DNA from: an uncultured archaeon
Lineage (GTDB): Archaea > Iainarchaeota > Iainarchaeia > Iainarchaeales > CSSED10-239
Reading direction: 5' to 3'
Assembly (NCBI GenBank): GCA_964496765.1
Contig: CAZCAP010000013.1
Location: forward strand, 1-21,558
DNA length: 21,558 nucleotides
Part shown: positions 6,648 through 15,027 of the stretch, piece by piece
Position numbering within the stretch: position 1 is the stretch's first letter
Layout: every line of letters starts with the position of its first letter
Notes under the pieces: generated by a model
What the model saw: the letters and a program-made list of their open reading frames with translations, nothing else
Database searches by the model: none
What the model was told of the DNA's origin: nothing
Position numbers and translations under genes: made by a program

Positions 6648-8312
6648 ATGGCAGAAGATATAACGCACACAAATGAAAACACACTTGAAATTGATGAAGA
6701 AGAATTTAATGATCTTGGTAAATCCATAGAACTTAAAACACTTGCTGGACCTCTTAGATCATTAAAGTATCTTAATGAGTTTAGAGTAGCCCTAGCTAAC
6801 CCCATTAAAATACAAAAAAGTATATTACATGAAATTCTTAAAAAAAATAAAAAAACCAACTATGGAAAATTGTATGATTTTGCACACATTAAAACAATTG
6901 AAGAATACCAAACAAAAGTTCCATTGATTACCTATGAAGACATAATTCCATTTATTCAAAAAATAAAAGATGGAGAACAAAACATATTAACAAAGGATAA
7001 GGTAATTTTTCTAGCAACCACCTCAGGAACCACATCACACGTTAAACTAATTCCAGTAACAAAAGACAGAATGAAAAACTTCAAAAGAGAATTATATCTT
7101 TGGAGTGTGTATGTTCTTAAGGATCATTTAAATGTGACTAAAGGAAAGACATTGTATTTTGCTGGACCCTATATTGAAGGAAGAACCAGCGCAGGAATTA
7201 TCTGTGGAAGTATATCCGGATATCTAATTGCAAAAGCACCTTGGTATGTGAAAAGTAAGGTTGTTATTCCATCAGAAACATATAATATTTTTGATTTTGA
7301 TAAAAAAAGTAAAGAAATTGCAATAAACGCACTCATAAGTAACATAACCCAATTTGCGTTTGCATCTCCCATTGAAGCAATTCTTTTTTTAGACTACGTT
7401 GCAGAACACAAGGAAGAACTAATAATCGAACTTGAGAAAAAAGGAGAGGAAAAAAGAGCAAAAGAACTTAGAGAACTTTCTTCTTTTAGACCAATAGATA
7501 TCTGGCCTAATCTTTGTTTAATTGGATGCATTAAATCAAAGTTTAACTTACATTATCTTGATACTTTAAAAGAAAAAATAGGAAAGGATATTGAAATTAG
7601 AGATCCTGGTATATATGCTTCTGAAGGAAGATTATCCCTTGGTCTTGAAAAAGAAGGGATTGCAGGAATAATTCCTGCACACGTAACTTTTTTTGAATTT
7701 ATTGAAAAAAGAGAAAACCAAAAGGATAGAAATCCAATAACAATTGATAAGCTTGAAGTTGGAAAAAACTACGAAGTAATAATCACAACAACAGAAGGTC
7801 TTTATAGGTACAGAATGGGAGATATTGTTAAGGTAACAGGATACAAACATAAACTACCATTAATTGAGTTTGTTGATCGTGATAATTATCTAAACATAGC
7901 TGGAGAGCTTGCACATGAAAATATATTAATTTCAATAATGTATAAGGTAATTGAGGAAATTGAAATAAAAATTAAATCGTTTACATTCTTACCATATATT
8001 AAAGACCCAAGCAAGAAGCCAAGATATGAAGTTTTGATTGAACTATTTCCTGAAAGCCAGTTAGATGATGAACTTGCAATTAGATTCAAAGAACTTCTTG
8101 ATAAAACTCTAAAAGAATACATCTCTGATTATAGGCAAATGAGAGAAGAATTTGGAAGATTGGATCCACCTGTATTATCAATTGTGAAGCAGGGTGGCTA
8201 TGATGAGTTTGATAAAAAGAGAATCACTGGTGGAGGGCAACCAAAACCAATACATTTATCAAAAACAGAAAAATTCAGAGATAATTTTGAAATAATCAAA
8301 ATCTATGAGTGA
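6648..8312 (+). CDS. GH3-family acyl-acid amido synthetase-like adenylating enzyme
   Basis: 554 aa. The three GH3 (ANL-superfamily) motifs are in order: ATTSGTTSHVKLIPVT, GIYASEG, GLYRYRMGDIVKVTGYKHKLPLIEFVDR (compare plant GH3 SSGTS…K.MP, YASSE, YRVGD…V.GF.N..P.F.F). Confidence 0.85.
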   Translation: MAEDITHTNENTLEIDEEEFNDLGKSIELKTLAGPLRSLKYLNEFRVALANPIKIQKSILHEILKKNKKTNYGKLYDFAHIKTIEEYQTKVPLITYEDIIPFIQKIKDGEQNILTKDKVIFLATTSGTTSHVKLIPVTKDRMKNFKRELYLWSVYVLKDHLNVTKGKTLYFAGPYIEGRTSAGIICGSISGYLIAKAPWYVKSKVVIPSETYNIFDFDKKSKEIAINALISNITQFAFASPIEAILFLDYVAEHKEELIIELEKKGEEKRAKELRELSSFRPIDIWPNLCLIGCIKSKFNLHYLDTLKEKIGKDIEIRDPGIYASEGRLSLGLEKEGIAGIIPAHVTFFEFIEKRENQKDRNPITIDKLEVGKNYEVIITTTEGLYRYRMGDIVKVTGYKHKLPLIEFVDRDNYLNIAGELAHENILISIMYKVIEEIEIKIKSFTFLPYIKDPSKKPRYEVLIELFPESQLDDELAIRFKELLDKTLKEYISDYRQMREEFGRLDPPVLSIVKQGGYDEFDKKRITGGGQPKPIHLSKTEKFRDNFEIIKIYE

Positions 8313-8324
8313 AGTGAATCTATT

Positions 8325-9440
8325 ATGAACATATTAAAATTACCCAAAATGAAAAAAAAAGATTATACAAAATATTTTTCAAATGATTATTTTGAAGCAA
8401 GAGATAAATTCATTAATCAAACAATGGAAAAAGGAATGCAATTATCTTCTGAGGAAATAATTGATGGACTTACCTGTGATATTGCAATTTCAGAAACTAA
8501 AAAAAAAGATAAGCTTTTAATATTTGTATCAGGAACCCATGGTGTTGAAGGATACATTGGTTCTGCGTTTCAATTAATGTTTCTTGATAGATATTTTGAT
8601 AAATTAAAAGAAAGTACATCCATTATGTTTATTCATGCGCTAAATCCATATGGATTAAATAATAATAGAAGAGTAAATGAAAATAATGTGGATATTAATA
8701 GAAACTTTTGTGAAGATTTTAATAATATTAAAATAAATCCAAAAATATTAGAAATAATTAAAACAAATGAAAAAATATTTGTTTCTGGGAATCCTAGAAA
8801 AAATAGATTATATGAAAATTATAAATTATATACAACCATATTAAAGTCAGTTATAAAAAATGGAATTGTACAGGCTGTTGAGGCTGGAGTAGTAGGACAA
8901 AATCTATACCCAAAAGGAGTAAACTATTCAGGAATCGCTCCAGAAAAATCTAATGAAGTATTTTCAAATGTAATTTCTAAAGTTACAGAAGGTTATAGTG
9001 AAGCAATATTAATTGACCTGCACACAGGAATAGGAAGAAAATATGAAATGAAAGGATCTACCTATCATCCAAAGAACTCTGATGAATTTAAACTGTGTAA
9101 AAAAATGGTTCACACACTTGCAAGCCACACTGGAATACATATATACAACACATATGCTCTTGGGAAAGGATTTTTAAGATCAACAAAAGCTAAAAAAAAT
9201 TATGAAATTCTTGTTGAGTTTGGAACCATATCAGATATTTCAAGCACATTATCTGCAAATTATTTAACACACCTACTGGTTGTAGAAAATCAAATTACAT
9301 TCTATGGTCCTACAAAAAAATTAGAGCGCATTAGAAAAAAAATGAAAAAAGCCTATTATCCACAGGAAACACTCTACAAAATGTTTTTGTCTAGGCAAGT
9401 AAACAAAATTGGAAAAAGATTATTAAAAATATGTAATTAA
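8325..9440 (+). CDS. M14-like zinc hydrolase (DUF2817 / succinylglutamate desuccinylase-aspartoacylase-like)
   Basis: 371 aa. HxxE zinc motif in SGTHGVEGYIGS, third His in IDLHTGIG, plus HALNPYG and NNVDINRNF, typical of this subfamily as I recall it. It starts 12 nt after the GH3 stop. Confidence 0.72.
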   Translation: MNILKLPKMKKKDYTKYFSNDYFEARDKFINQTMEKGMQLSSEEIIDGLTCDIAISETKKKDKLLIFVSGTHGVEGYIGSAFQLMFLDRYFDKLKESTSIMFIHALNPYGLNNNRRVNENNVDINRNFCEDFNNIKINPKILEIIKTNEKIFVSGNPRKNRLYENYKLYTTILKSVIKNGIVQAVEAGVVGQNLYPKGVNYSGIAPEKSNEVFSNVISKVTEGYSEAILIDLHTGIGRKYEMKGSTYHPKNSDEFKLCKKMVHTLASHTGIHIYNTYALGKGFLRSTKAKKNYEILVEFGTISDISSTLSANYLTHLLVVENQITFYGPTKKLERIRKKMKKAYYPQETLYKMFLSRQVNKIGKRLLKICN

Positions 9441-9441
9441 T

Positions 9442-9585
9442 CTATTTTGCATAGTGTGTATTAACTATACTTCCTTTTGCACTACCAAATGCACCGGTTG
9501 GTTTTTTTGGTTCTCTATTTGTGGGTTTTGCTTTTCGTGCACATCTACTTGGCGTTATTGTTTTTTGTCTTCTAAATGGTGGCAT
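9442..9585 (-). CDS. Candidate small basic protein (47 aa), below the ORF-track cutoff
   Basis: My own translation: MPPFRRQKTITPSRCARKAKPTNREPKKPTGAFGSAKGSIVNTHYAK. It is locally GC-richer than the flanking spacer and has the SD-like ggatgtga 4 nt upstream of the ATG. I recognise no family, and it could instead be a structured RNA or non-coding. Confidence 0.3.
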   Translation of the reverse strand: MPPFRRQKTITPSRCARKAKPTNREPKKPTGAFGSAKGSIVNTHYAK

Positions 9586-9597
9586 AAAATCACATCC

Positions 9598-9640
9598 ATA
9601 AATCTTTATATCTAATTAGATATAATAAATAAAGATTTAT
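9598..9640. promoter_or_regulatory. Compound dyad-symmetry element in a divergent promoter region
   Basis: Perfect 20-bp palindrome ttatatctaattagatataa (9606-9625). It is nested in and overlaps a second inverted repeat, ataaatcttt (9598-9607) / aaagatttat (9631-9640). The element lies between the candidate minus-strand mini-ORF start (9585) and the plus-strand phosphoesterase gene. Confidence 0.4.
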
Positions 9641-9717
9641 AAACTAATGGATTGCTAGGCAAAATAAAGTTATTTAAATTATTCCATTCCTATTCCTAAC
9701 AGAAAGAGTTGTTGATT

Positions 9718-10800
9718 ATGAATGAATATTTTATAAATTATCTAATTGATATAATTGTTTTGGCAATTGTTTATTTTCCACTAACTATATTTTCGTTCAA
9801 AAGATTATTTAAATACCTTAATTTAAAATACACAAAAGGAATATTGTATTTAATTATAAGTATATTTCTTTTGTTACCAATATCATTAATTATACAACAA
9901 ACATTAAACACAAGATTTACAATTACCTTATATTATTTAGCGTATCTGTTAATTGGAACAATGCTTTATTTCATGATATTTACTATTCTCCTAGAACTAA
10001 TCAGATTATTATTTAGATTTAAGAAAAAATATTATAAATATCTAGGATATGCAGTAATCATACTCACTCTTTTTGTAAGCATCTATTCCTATGTAAACAC
10101 ACTAAGCTACAAGGAAGAAACAATTATTATTACATCTCCAAAAATAGAACAGGATATTAGATTGGTTCAATTATCAGACATTCATTTATTTGGTGCTCAC
10201 TCAAAAACCAGATTCAATGAAATTTATTTGAAAGCAATAAATAAACATCCAGACTTTATTGTAATTACAGGGGACTTTTTTGATTACCCAGGAAAAATTT
10301 CAGAAGATACAGTAAACATTGTTAATGATTATAATATCCCTGTATTCTTTGTTTATGGAAATCATGATGTTATGGTTGGGGATGAAATTGTAGATAATAT
10401 TCTATATCAAACAAATATCATAACATTAAATAATGAAACCTATTCAATAGATGGAATTACGTTAACTGGTATTAAAGACAAGGATACAAAAACCTATCTT
10501 AATGATGCATTAAATAATATAGATATAAATAAAGATGAATATAACATTCTTTTAAATCACAAGCCACAGGAAGTAGATATTGCAAGTGAAAAGGGTTACG
10601 ATTTAATGTTATCAGGGCACACCCATGCTGGACAACTTTTTCCAATGAACCTAATTGAATACCTATTTAATCCCTATTTCAGAGGGCTATACGAGATTGG
10701 TGATCTGAAATTATATGTTAACCAGGGAACCTATGTTTGGGGATTTAAAATGAGAAACTTTTCAAGAAATGAAATAACAATATTTGAACTAAAAAAATAA
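9718..10800 (+). CDS. Membrane-anchored metallophosphoesterase (calcineurin-like)
   Basis: Four N-terminal TM helices, then the full MPE motif set: LSDIHLF, ITGDFFD, VYGNHD, LNHKP, SGHTHAGQ. The ORF track starts at a TTG (9709); I prefer the ATG at 9718. Confidence 0.85.
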   Translation: MNEYFINYLIDIIVLAIVYFPLTIFSFKRLFKYLNLKYTKGILYLIISIFLLLPISLIIQQTLNTRFTITLYYLAYLLIGTMLYFMIFTILLELIRLLFRFKKKYYKYLGYAVIILTLFVSIYSYVNTLSYKEETIIITSPKIEQDIRLVQLSDIHLFGAHSKTRFNEIYLKAINKHPDFIVITGDFFDYPGKISEDTVNIVNDYNIPVFFVYGNHDVMVGDEIVDNILYQTNIITLNNETYSIDGITLTGIKDKDTKTYLNDALNNIDINKDEYNILLNHKPQEVDIASEKGYDLMLSGHTHAGQLFPMNLIEYLFNPYFRGLYEIGDLKLYVNQGTYVWGFKMRNFSRNEITIFELKK

Positions 10801-10820
10801 ATCAATTGGCAGAAGATTAT

Positions 10821-11543
10821 ATGAAATTACTGGTTACAATTCCTGCAAGGAATGAAGGTGAAGAATTAAAAAAAAAGATGGCAAGATTATATAATTATCT
10901 AATTAGTAAAAAATTTGATTTCACACTTGAAATTGTTGATAGTGCATCAAACGACAATACCTACTTGATTGCGAAGGGTCTTACTAAAGAATACGCGAAT
11001 ATTAATTGCATATCTCTTAAAAAAAAAGGTAAATGGAGAGCAATTAAAGCATCCTGGAACAAAGCAGACAAAAAATATGATATTATCTCTTTTATGGATG
11101 CGGATTTAGCAACAGACATAACCTATTTTCCAAAATTAATAAAAGTAATTAATGAAGATGGTTATGATATAGCTATTGGCTCAAGATATTCTGTTGGTTC
11201 AAAAACAAAAAGAACCTTTTTAAGAAATCTTATTGGAAAGGGATTTATATTTCTTCAAAAAATCTTATTTAATACAAGCTACAAAGACTCCCAATGTGGG
11301 TTCAAAGCAATAAAACATGATAAATACAATTTAATTAAAAAGCACCTGAAAAATAATGAATTTGGAGGGGATATGGAATTGCTTATCATCTCTGAAAAAA
11401 TATATAAATATAAGATTAAATCAATTCCTGTTGCCTGGGAAGAACAAAAGAACACAACCATAAATTTTTGTAAAACAATAACTTCCTTCCTAAAAGATCT
11501 ATGGGTATTATTTTGGTTTATTAAAATTAAAAAAAATGAGTAA
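10821..11543 (+). CDS. Family-2 glycosyltransferase (dolichyl-phosphate sugar synthase-like)
   Basis: MKLLVTIPARNEGEEL N-terminus, DxD in FMDADLATD, QCGFKA segment. The ORF track starts at TTG 10806; ATG 10821 gives the typical GT2 N-terminus. Confidence 0.85.
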   Translation: MKLLVTIPARNEGEELKKKMARLYNYLISKKFDFTLEIVDSASNDNTYLIAKGLTKEYANINCISLKKKGKWRAIKASWNKADKKYDIISFMDADLATDITYFPKLIKVINEDGYDIAIGSRYSVGSKTKRTFLRNLIGKGFIFLQKILFNTSYKDSQCGFKAIKHDKYNLIKKHLKNNEFGGDMELLIISEKIYKYKIKSIPVAWEEQKNTTINFCKTITSFLKDLWVLFWFIKIKKNE

Positions 11544-11545
11544 TA

Positions 11546-11971
11546 ATGATAATAAAATATATTAAAAAAATATTAAGTAAACTACCTTTCTTTAAAAGAA
11601 TTGAATTGATGTTTGATTATGCAACCATATCTTTATTTGCAACAATAGTCGATGTACTTCTATTGTATGCATTAACTGAATTTTTAAATATTAATTATCT
11701 AGTATCAGCAACCATTTCCTATTGTACAGGATTATTGATTTCATTTTATTTACAAAAAACATATACGTTTAAGGAACAGCACACAAAAAGAATACACCTT
11801 CAGTTTACTAAATTCACAATCATTTCTCTTATTGGATTATTGTTAAACCTAATTATTTTAAAGGTATTTGTAGAGATAGGTGTTTGGTATATATTTGCAA
11901 AAATAATTGCAATAATTATTGTTTTCTTTTGGAACTATTTAATAAATAAAAGAATAACCTTCAAAAAATAA
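11546..11971 (+). CDS. GtrA-family membrane protein
   Basis: 141 aa, four TM helices, C-terminal FFWNYLINKRITFKK typical of GtrA-like proteins. It starts 2 nt after the GT2 stop. Confidence 0.78.
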   Translation: MIIKYIKKILSKLPFFKRIELMFDYATISLFATIVDVLLLYALTEFLNINYLVSATISYCTGLLISFYLQKTYTFKEQHTKRIHLQFTKFTIISLIGLLLNLIILKVFVEIGVWYIFAKIIAIIIVFFWNYLINKRITFKK

Positions 11972-12721
11972 CTATAATTTTAATGTTCTTCTTGGTTTTG
12001 GCTTTCGTTCAACCTTTTTTATGGGTTTTGGTTCTTTGTTTGGAACAAAGGCTTTCTTTAGATGCTCTTCAAATCTAGTTATTATCTTTGCTGTTCTTGG
12101 TTTCTTTGATGATAGAATATATATTTTTTCATCAAAATACATGTTTCTTACTGTCCCATACACTCCAAGCATATTAGTATAATGGTTAATTCTTATTTGT
12201 GACATTCTAAGTTCATGTTTAATATCTTTTATTTTTCCAGTAAGTTCGTTTTTGTGAGTAGAGGTGAGAAATTGGCTCTCCAGTATTTCTAATTGCTTTT
12301 CAAGTCTTATTTCTTCTTTTTTAAAAACGCCTCTAGTTTCCTTCCATCCTTTTATCTCATGGACCAATGATTCATTAAACTTCAATTCATAGCCTTGCTT
12401 AATAAAAGGGGTTGATGCAAAAATTAGTGCTTCAAAAACAGGCTCAGTCCATGGTCTTTCATACCTGGATGTACTTTCACCAAGTTTAACCCCCTGTACT
12501 AGCCCAATTTTTATATTCTTATTTTCAACAAAATAGTTAACAACACCTATTGGTTCATTTTTATAATAGGTTACAAGCATAACTTCTGATGGTCTATGTA
12601 CATGATAGGTATCACCAACAGGAAACTTCCAATCAGTTAATGCTTTTATTGATACGTCCTTTGGGTGTGGTGTACTAATTATTATGTTTCTTATATTTCT
12701 TGCAACATTCACTTTATTCAT
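11972..12721 (-). CDS. Hypothetical protein (249 aa): globular N-domain, coiled-coil middle, Lys/Pro-rich basic tail
   Basis: Last gene of the rnhB operon, starting 7 nt after the upstream stop. Coiled-coil-like EEIRLEKQLEILESQF…IKDIKHELRMSQIRI. Tail PNKEPKPIKKVERKPKPRRTLKL. I recognise no family. Confidence 0.55.
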   Translation of the reverse strand: MNKVNVARNIRNIIISTPHPKDVSIKALTDWKFPVGDTYHVHRPSEVMLVTYYKNEPIGVVNYFVENKNIKIGLVQGVKLGESTSRYERPWTEPVFEALIFASTPFIKQGYELKFNESLVHEIKGWKETRGVFKKEEIRLEKQLEILESQFLTSTHKNELTGKIKDIKHELRMSQIRINHYTNMLGVYGTVRNMYFDEKIYILSSKKPRTAKIITRFEEHLKKAFVPNKEPKPIKKVERKPKPRRTLKL

Positions 12722-12728
12722 AGATATC

Positions 12729-13184
12729 TTATTTTATCTCAATCTTTAATTCAAGTATGTTATTATTGTGTGTAACTTCTAAACTTTCTTTTTTAACTGG
12801 GATTTTAAAATGAAATTCTTTATAGAAGGAAATATCATTTCCTGCAATTATTAAAACATTTCTATCCTCTTCAATATCAAATACAAGATTATTTATTGAA
12901 TAGGGTAGAAAAAAGGTTAAATAAAGATATTTATCTTCAACAACTATGGAATCAAGATCTTCATACACTTCTGTGAAAATGTCACCCATTCCAATTCCAT
13001 TTAATTCATCCATAATATCATCTGGTTCTTTCATAAACTGAATATTCATTGAAACAGGCATATCCTTATTTAACTTTTTGAATTCTAAAAGGTTTTTAAA
13101 AACCTGTTTTATGGACTCATCAATGAAATCCATGTTCTTCTTTATATTGTTCTTTTTTGGTTCAGATGTGTTTTTTTCAATCAT
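12729..13184 (-). CDS. Divergent alpha-crystallin-domain (Hsp20)-like protein
   Basis: The C-terminal 75 aa, IVVEDKYLYLTFFLPYSINNLVFDIEEDRNVLIIAGNDISFYKEFHFKIPVKKESLEVTHNNNILELKIEIK, follow the ACD pattern (d.y.i.~~lPg…di.v.ve.~~L.I.g……r.f.lP..v….i.a.~.nGvL.i.i.K). ATGA overlap with rnhB. The match is by pattern only. Confidence 0.45.
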   Translation of the reverse strand: MIEKNTSEPKKNNIKKNMDFIDESIKQVFKNLLEFKKLNKDMPVSMNIQFMKEPDDIMDELNGIGMGDIFTEVYEDLDSIVVEDKYLYLTFFLPYSINNLVFDIEEDRNVLIIAGNDISFYKEFHFKIPVKKESLEVTHNNNILELKIEIK

Positions 13185-13861
13185 TTAAATCCACTTAATT
13201 TCTTTTGATAAAGTTCTTTCATGACTCTATCTATGGTTTCCCAATGGGTCCTAGCAAATGAAGGTAGCTCTTTATGTTTTAAAATATATGTTTTTAGGTA
13301 CTCTATTGTTTTTGGATCACTGGAGTAACCAGAAAGATCTCCAATAAGCTCATGTATGAGCTTATCTCTCACAACCTTTGCTAAAATTGAGGCGCAGGAA
13401 ACAGAAACATGATTAACATCTGCCTTATGCTCAGATATTATATTTAGTTTTTTTGTATGTTTATATTTTTTCCTTTTAAGATCATCTAAAATTCTTTTTT
13501 TGAATTTCTCAGGAACTGTATCAGGAGAATCAACAACAATCTCTGACATCTCTGTTTTTAGATTAAAAATCATTTCACTTGCTTTTTGAGCTTCAATCTC
13601 ATTCAAAGAATAGTGGTTCATTAGGACATTTAACTCTTCTGCAGGAACTACAATTATTTTATACTCCTCTGCTTCTTTTTTTATAATTTCTGCAAGCTCT
13701 TCTCTCTTTTTTGGGGCAATAAGTTTAGAATCACGACACCCAATTCCCTTGAAAAAATCCTGTTTAGCCCTATCAATAACACAGATGCACATTACCATTG
13801 GCCCAAGAACACATCCTCTACCAGCTTCATCCATTCCTGCAGTAAATACTTGTTTGTTCAT
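13181..13861 (-). CDS. rnhB: Ribonuclease HII
   Basis: 226 aa. N-terminal catalytic GMDEAGRGCVLGPMV, DSKLI, and ADVNHVSVSCASILAKVVRD, all in the canonical RNase HII order. Confidence 0.93.
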   Translation of the reverse strand: MNKQVFTAGMDEAGRGCVLGPMVMCICVIDRAKQDFFKGIGCRDSKLIAPKKREELAEIIKKEAEEYKIIVVPAEELNVLMNHYSLNEIEAQKASEMIFNLKTEMSEIVVDSPDTVPEKFKKRILDDLKRKKYKHTKKLNIISEHKADVNHVSVSCASILAKVVRDKLIHELIGDLSGYSSDPKTIEYLKTYILKHKELPSFARTHWETIDRVMKELYQKKLSGFK

Positions 13862-13992
13862 ATATTTTCAATTACTCATGTTAATCCTATTACATAAGTA
13901 CTTAACAATTACCTTTTAAAAGAATTTGTATATATATTATATATAAAAAAACAACTAATTTTATGTTTTTATATTAAATTAAAGGTGAAAAT

Positions 13993-14256
13993 ATGATTGG
14001 AACAATACACAATAATAGAAGAGGAATATCAAAGATACATCCTAGTCAGTTTCTTATAAAGATGGATGATGAAAAGTATTCAACAAGTGCAGCAGTTGCT
14101 CCATTGTTTGGAAGAAAGGTTATCTATAAGACTATTAGTGGAAAAACAATAACAGGAAAGATAACTGGATCCCATGGTAATAAAGGAGTAGTAAAAGTTT
14201 CTTTTGAAAGATTACTTCCAGGAACAGCAGTTGGAGAAAAAATAGAGATTAAATAA
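13993..14256 (+). CDS. rpl35ae: Large-subunit ribosomal protein L35Ae (eL33)
   Basis: 87 aa, the size I recall for archaeal L35Ae. GRKVIYKTISGKTITGKITGSHGNKGVVKVSFERLLPGTAVGEKIEI parallels the family signature (…G.i.r.HG..G.VrA.F...LP..a.G..v.i). SD aaggtga upstream and strong TATA-like runs at 13925-13950. Confidence 0.85.
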   Translation: MIGTIHNNRRGISKIHPSQFLIKMDDEKYSTSAAVAPLFGRKVIYKTISGKTITGKITGSHGNKGVVKVSFERLLPGTAVGEKIEIK

Positions 14257-14278
14257 TTTTTATTTAATCTTTTCTAAT

Positions 14279-14905
14279 TTATTTATTATCAACATCTTCA
14301 AAAGAAGTTAATTTTCTAAATTTAGGCGCATCAGATTCTTTGTCCTTATCATCTGTTTTTGGTTCAGAAGTTCCAGAACCAAGGTCAACAAGAGTAGTTG
14401 CTTCTGATTCCTTTACAATTTCATCTCTTCTAACTTTTCTTTCCTCGTCTTTTACATTATCAATTGTGTTATCAATCACAAGTGATTTCTTTTTCTCAGA
14501 AACAGCAAGTGGTTCTGTAATATTTTCTACAATTAAAGACATGTCCTCGTGAGCCTTTTCTTTGATTGGTTCTGGTTCTTTCACAAAGGTTTGCGGTTTA
14601 ATTATTGGAGCTGGCTTAATTTGTGGAGCAGTACTTCCAGGAACAAACGTATTTGTAACATTGGAAGTAGCTTTAGGAATATCTTTTGATGGAATAATTT
14701 CTTTTTTACTTAAAATTAATCCAAATACAAGATACTTAAAGATCATAAACAAAAGAATAAAAGATACTAGAAAAGTAATTATTAGTAAAGCAATTATTGG
14801 CAATCCAAATAAAGGATTAGTTGATGCATTAAAATATGCATAAATGGTTCCTATCATAGCCAATACAAAGGATATTATTATTGAATTAAAATCACTTTTT
14901 TTCAT
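14279..14905 (-). CDS. Membrane protein with two N-terminal TM helices, a Pro-rich linker and an acidic C-terminal region
   Basis: 208 aa. TM spans IIISFVLAMIGTIYAYF and IIALLIITFLVSFILLFMIF. Linker PGSTAPQIKPAPIIKPQTFVKEPEPIK. The tail is rich in D/E/K. No family recognised. Confidence 0.55.
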   Translation of the reverse strand: MKKSDFNSIIISFVLAMIGTIYAYFNASTNPLFGLPIIALLIITFLVSFILLFMIFKYLVFGLILSKKEIIPSKDIPKATSNVTNTFVPGSTAPQIKPAPIIKPQTFVKEPEPIKEKAHEDMSLIVENITEPLAVSEKKKSLVIDNTIDNVKDEERKVRRDEIVKESEATTLVDLGSGTSEPKTDDKDKESDAPKFRKLTSFEDVDNK

Positions 14906-15027
14906 TATAAATCACGTTTATTTTAATTATTAATATAGCTTCAAACTATTTATAAATGGTAATATACTATAAAATATATATTGAATACATTAAAAAAACT
15001 TATTATTTCAAAAAACGCTGATAAGAT

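Noticed and set aside
5054-8122. Antisense ORFs 5054..5299, 5067..5270, 6638..6859, 7169..7372, 7632..7850 and 7886..8122.
   Set aside because: All are embedded antisense in the confidently identified ttuA-like and GH3 genes. They are shadow ORFs.
8349-11035. A8-A10 homopolymer runs inside coding regions (for example 8349-8357 and 8506-8514 in the M14 gene, 11019-11027 in the GT2 gene, 6841-6859 in GH3) as possible slippage or phase-variation sites.
   Set aside because: They encode Lys runs in frame and are expected at this base composition. There is no evidence of frameshifted alternative products.
11279-11461. 60-aa minus-strand ORF inside the GT2 gene.
   Set aside because: It is an antisense shadow of a motif-supported gene.
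14340-14843. Plus-strand ORFs 14340..14552 and 14562..14843.
   Set aside because: They are antisense to the 208-aa membrane-protein ORF, which is longer, has clear TM helices and has a start next to an AT-rich promoter-like spacer.
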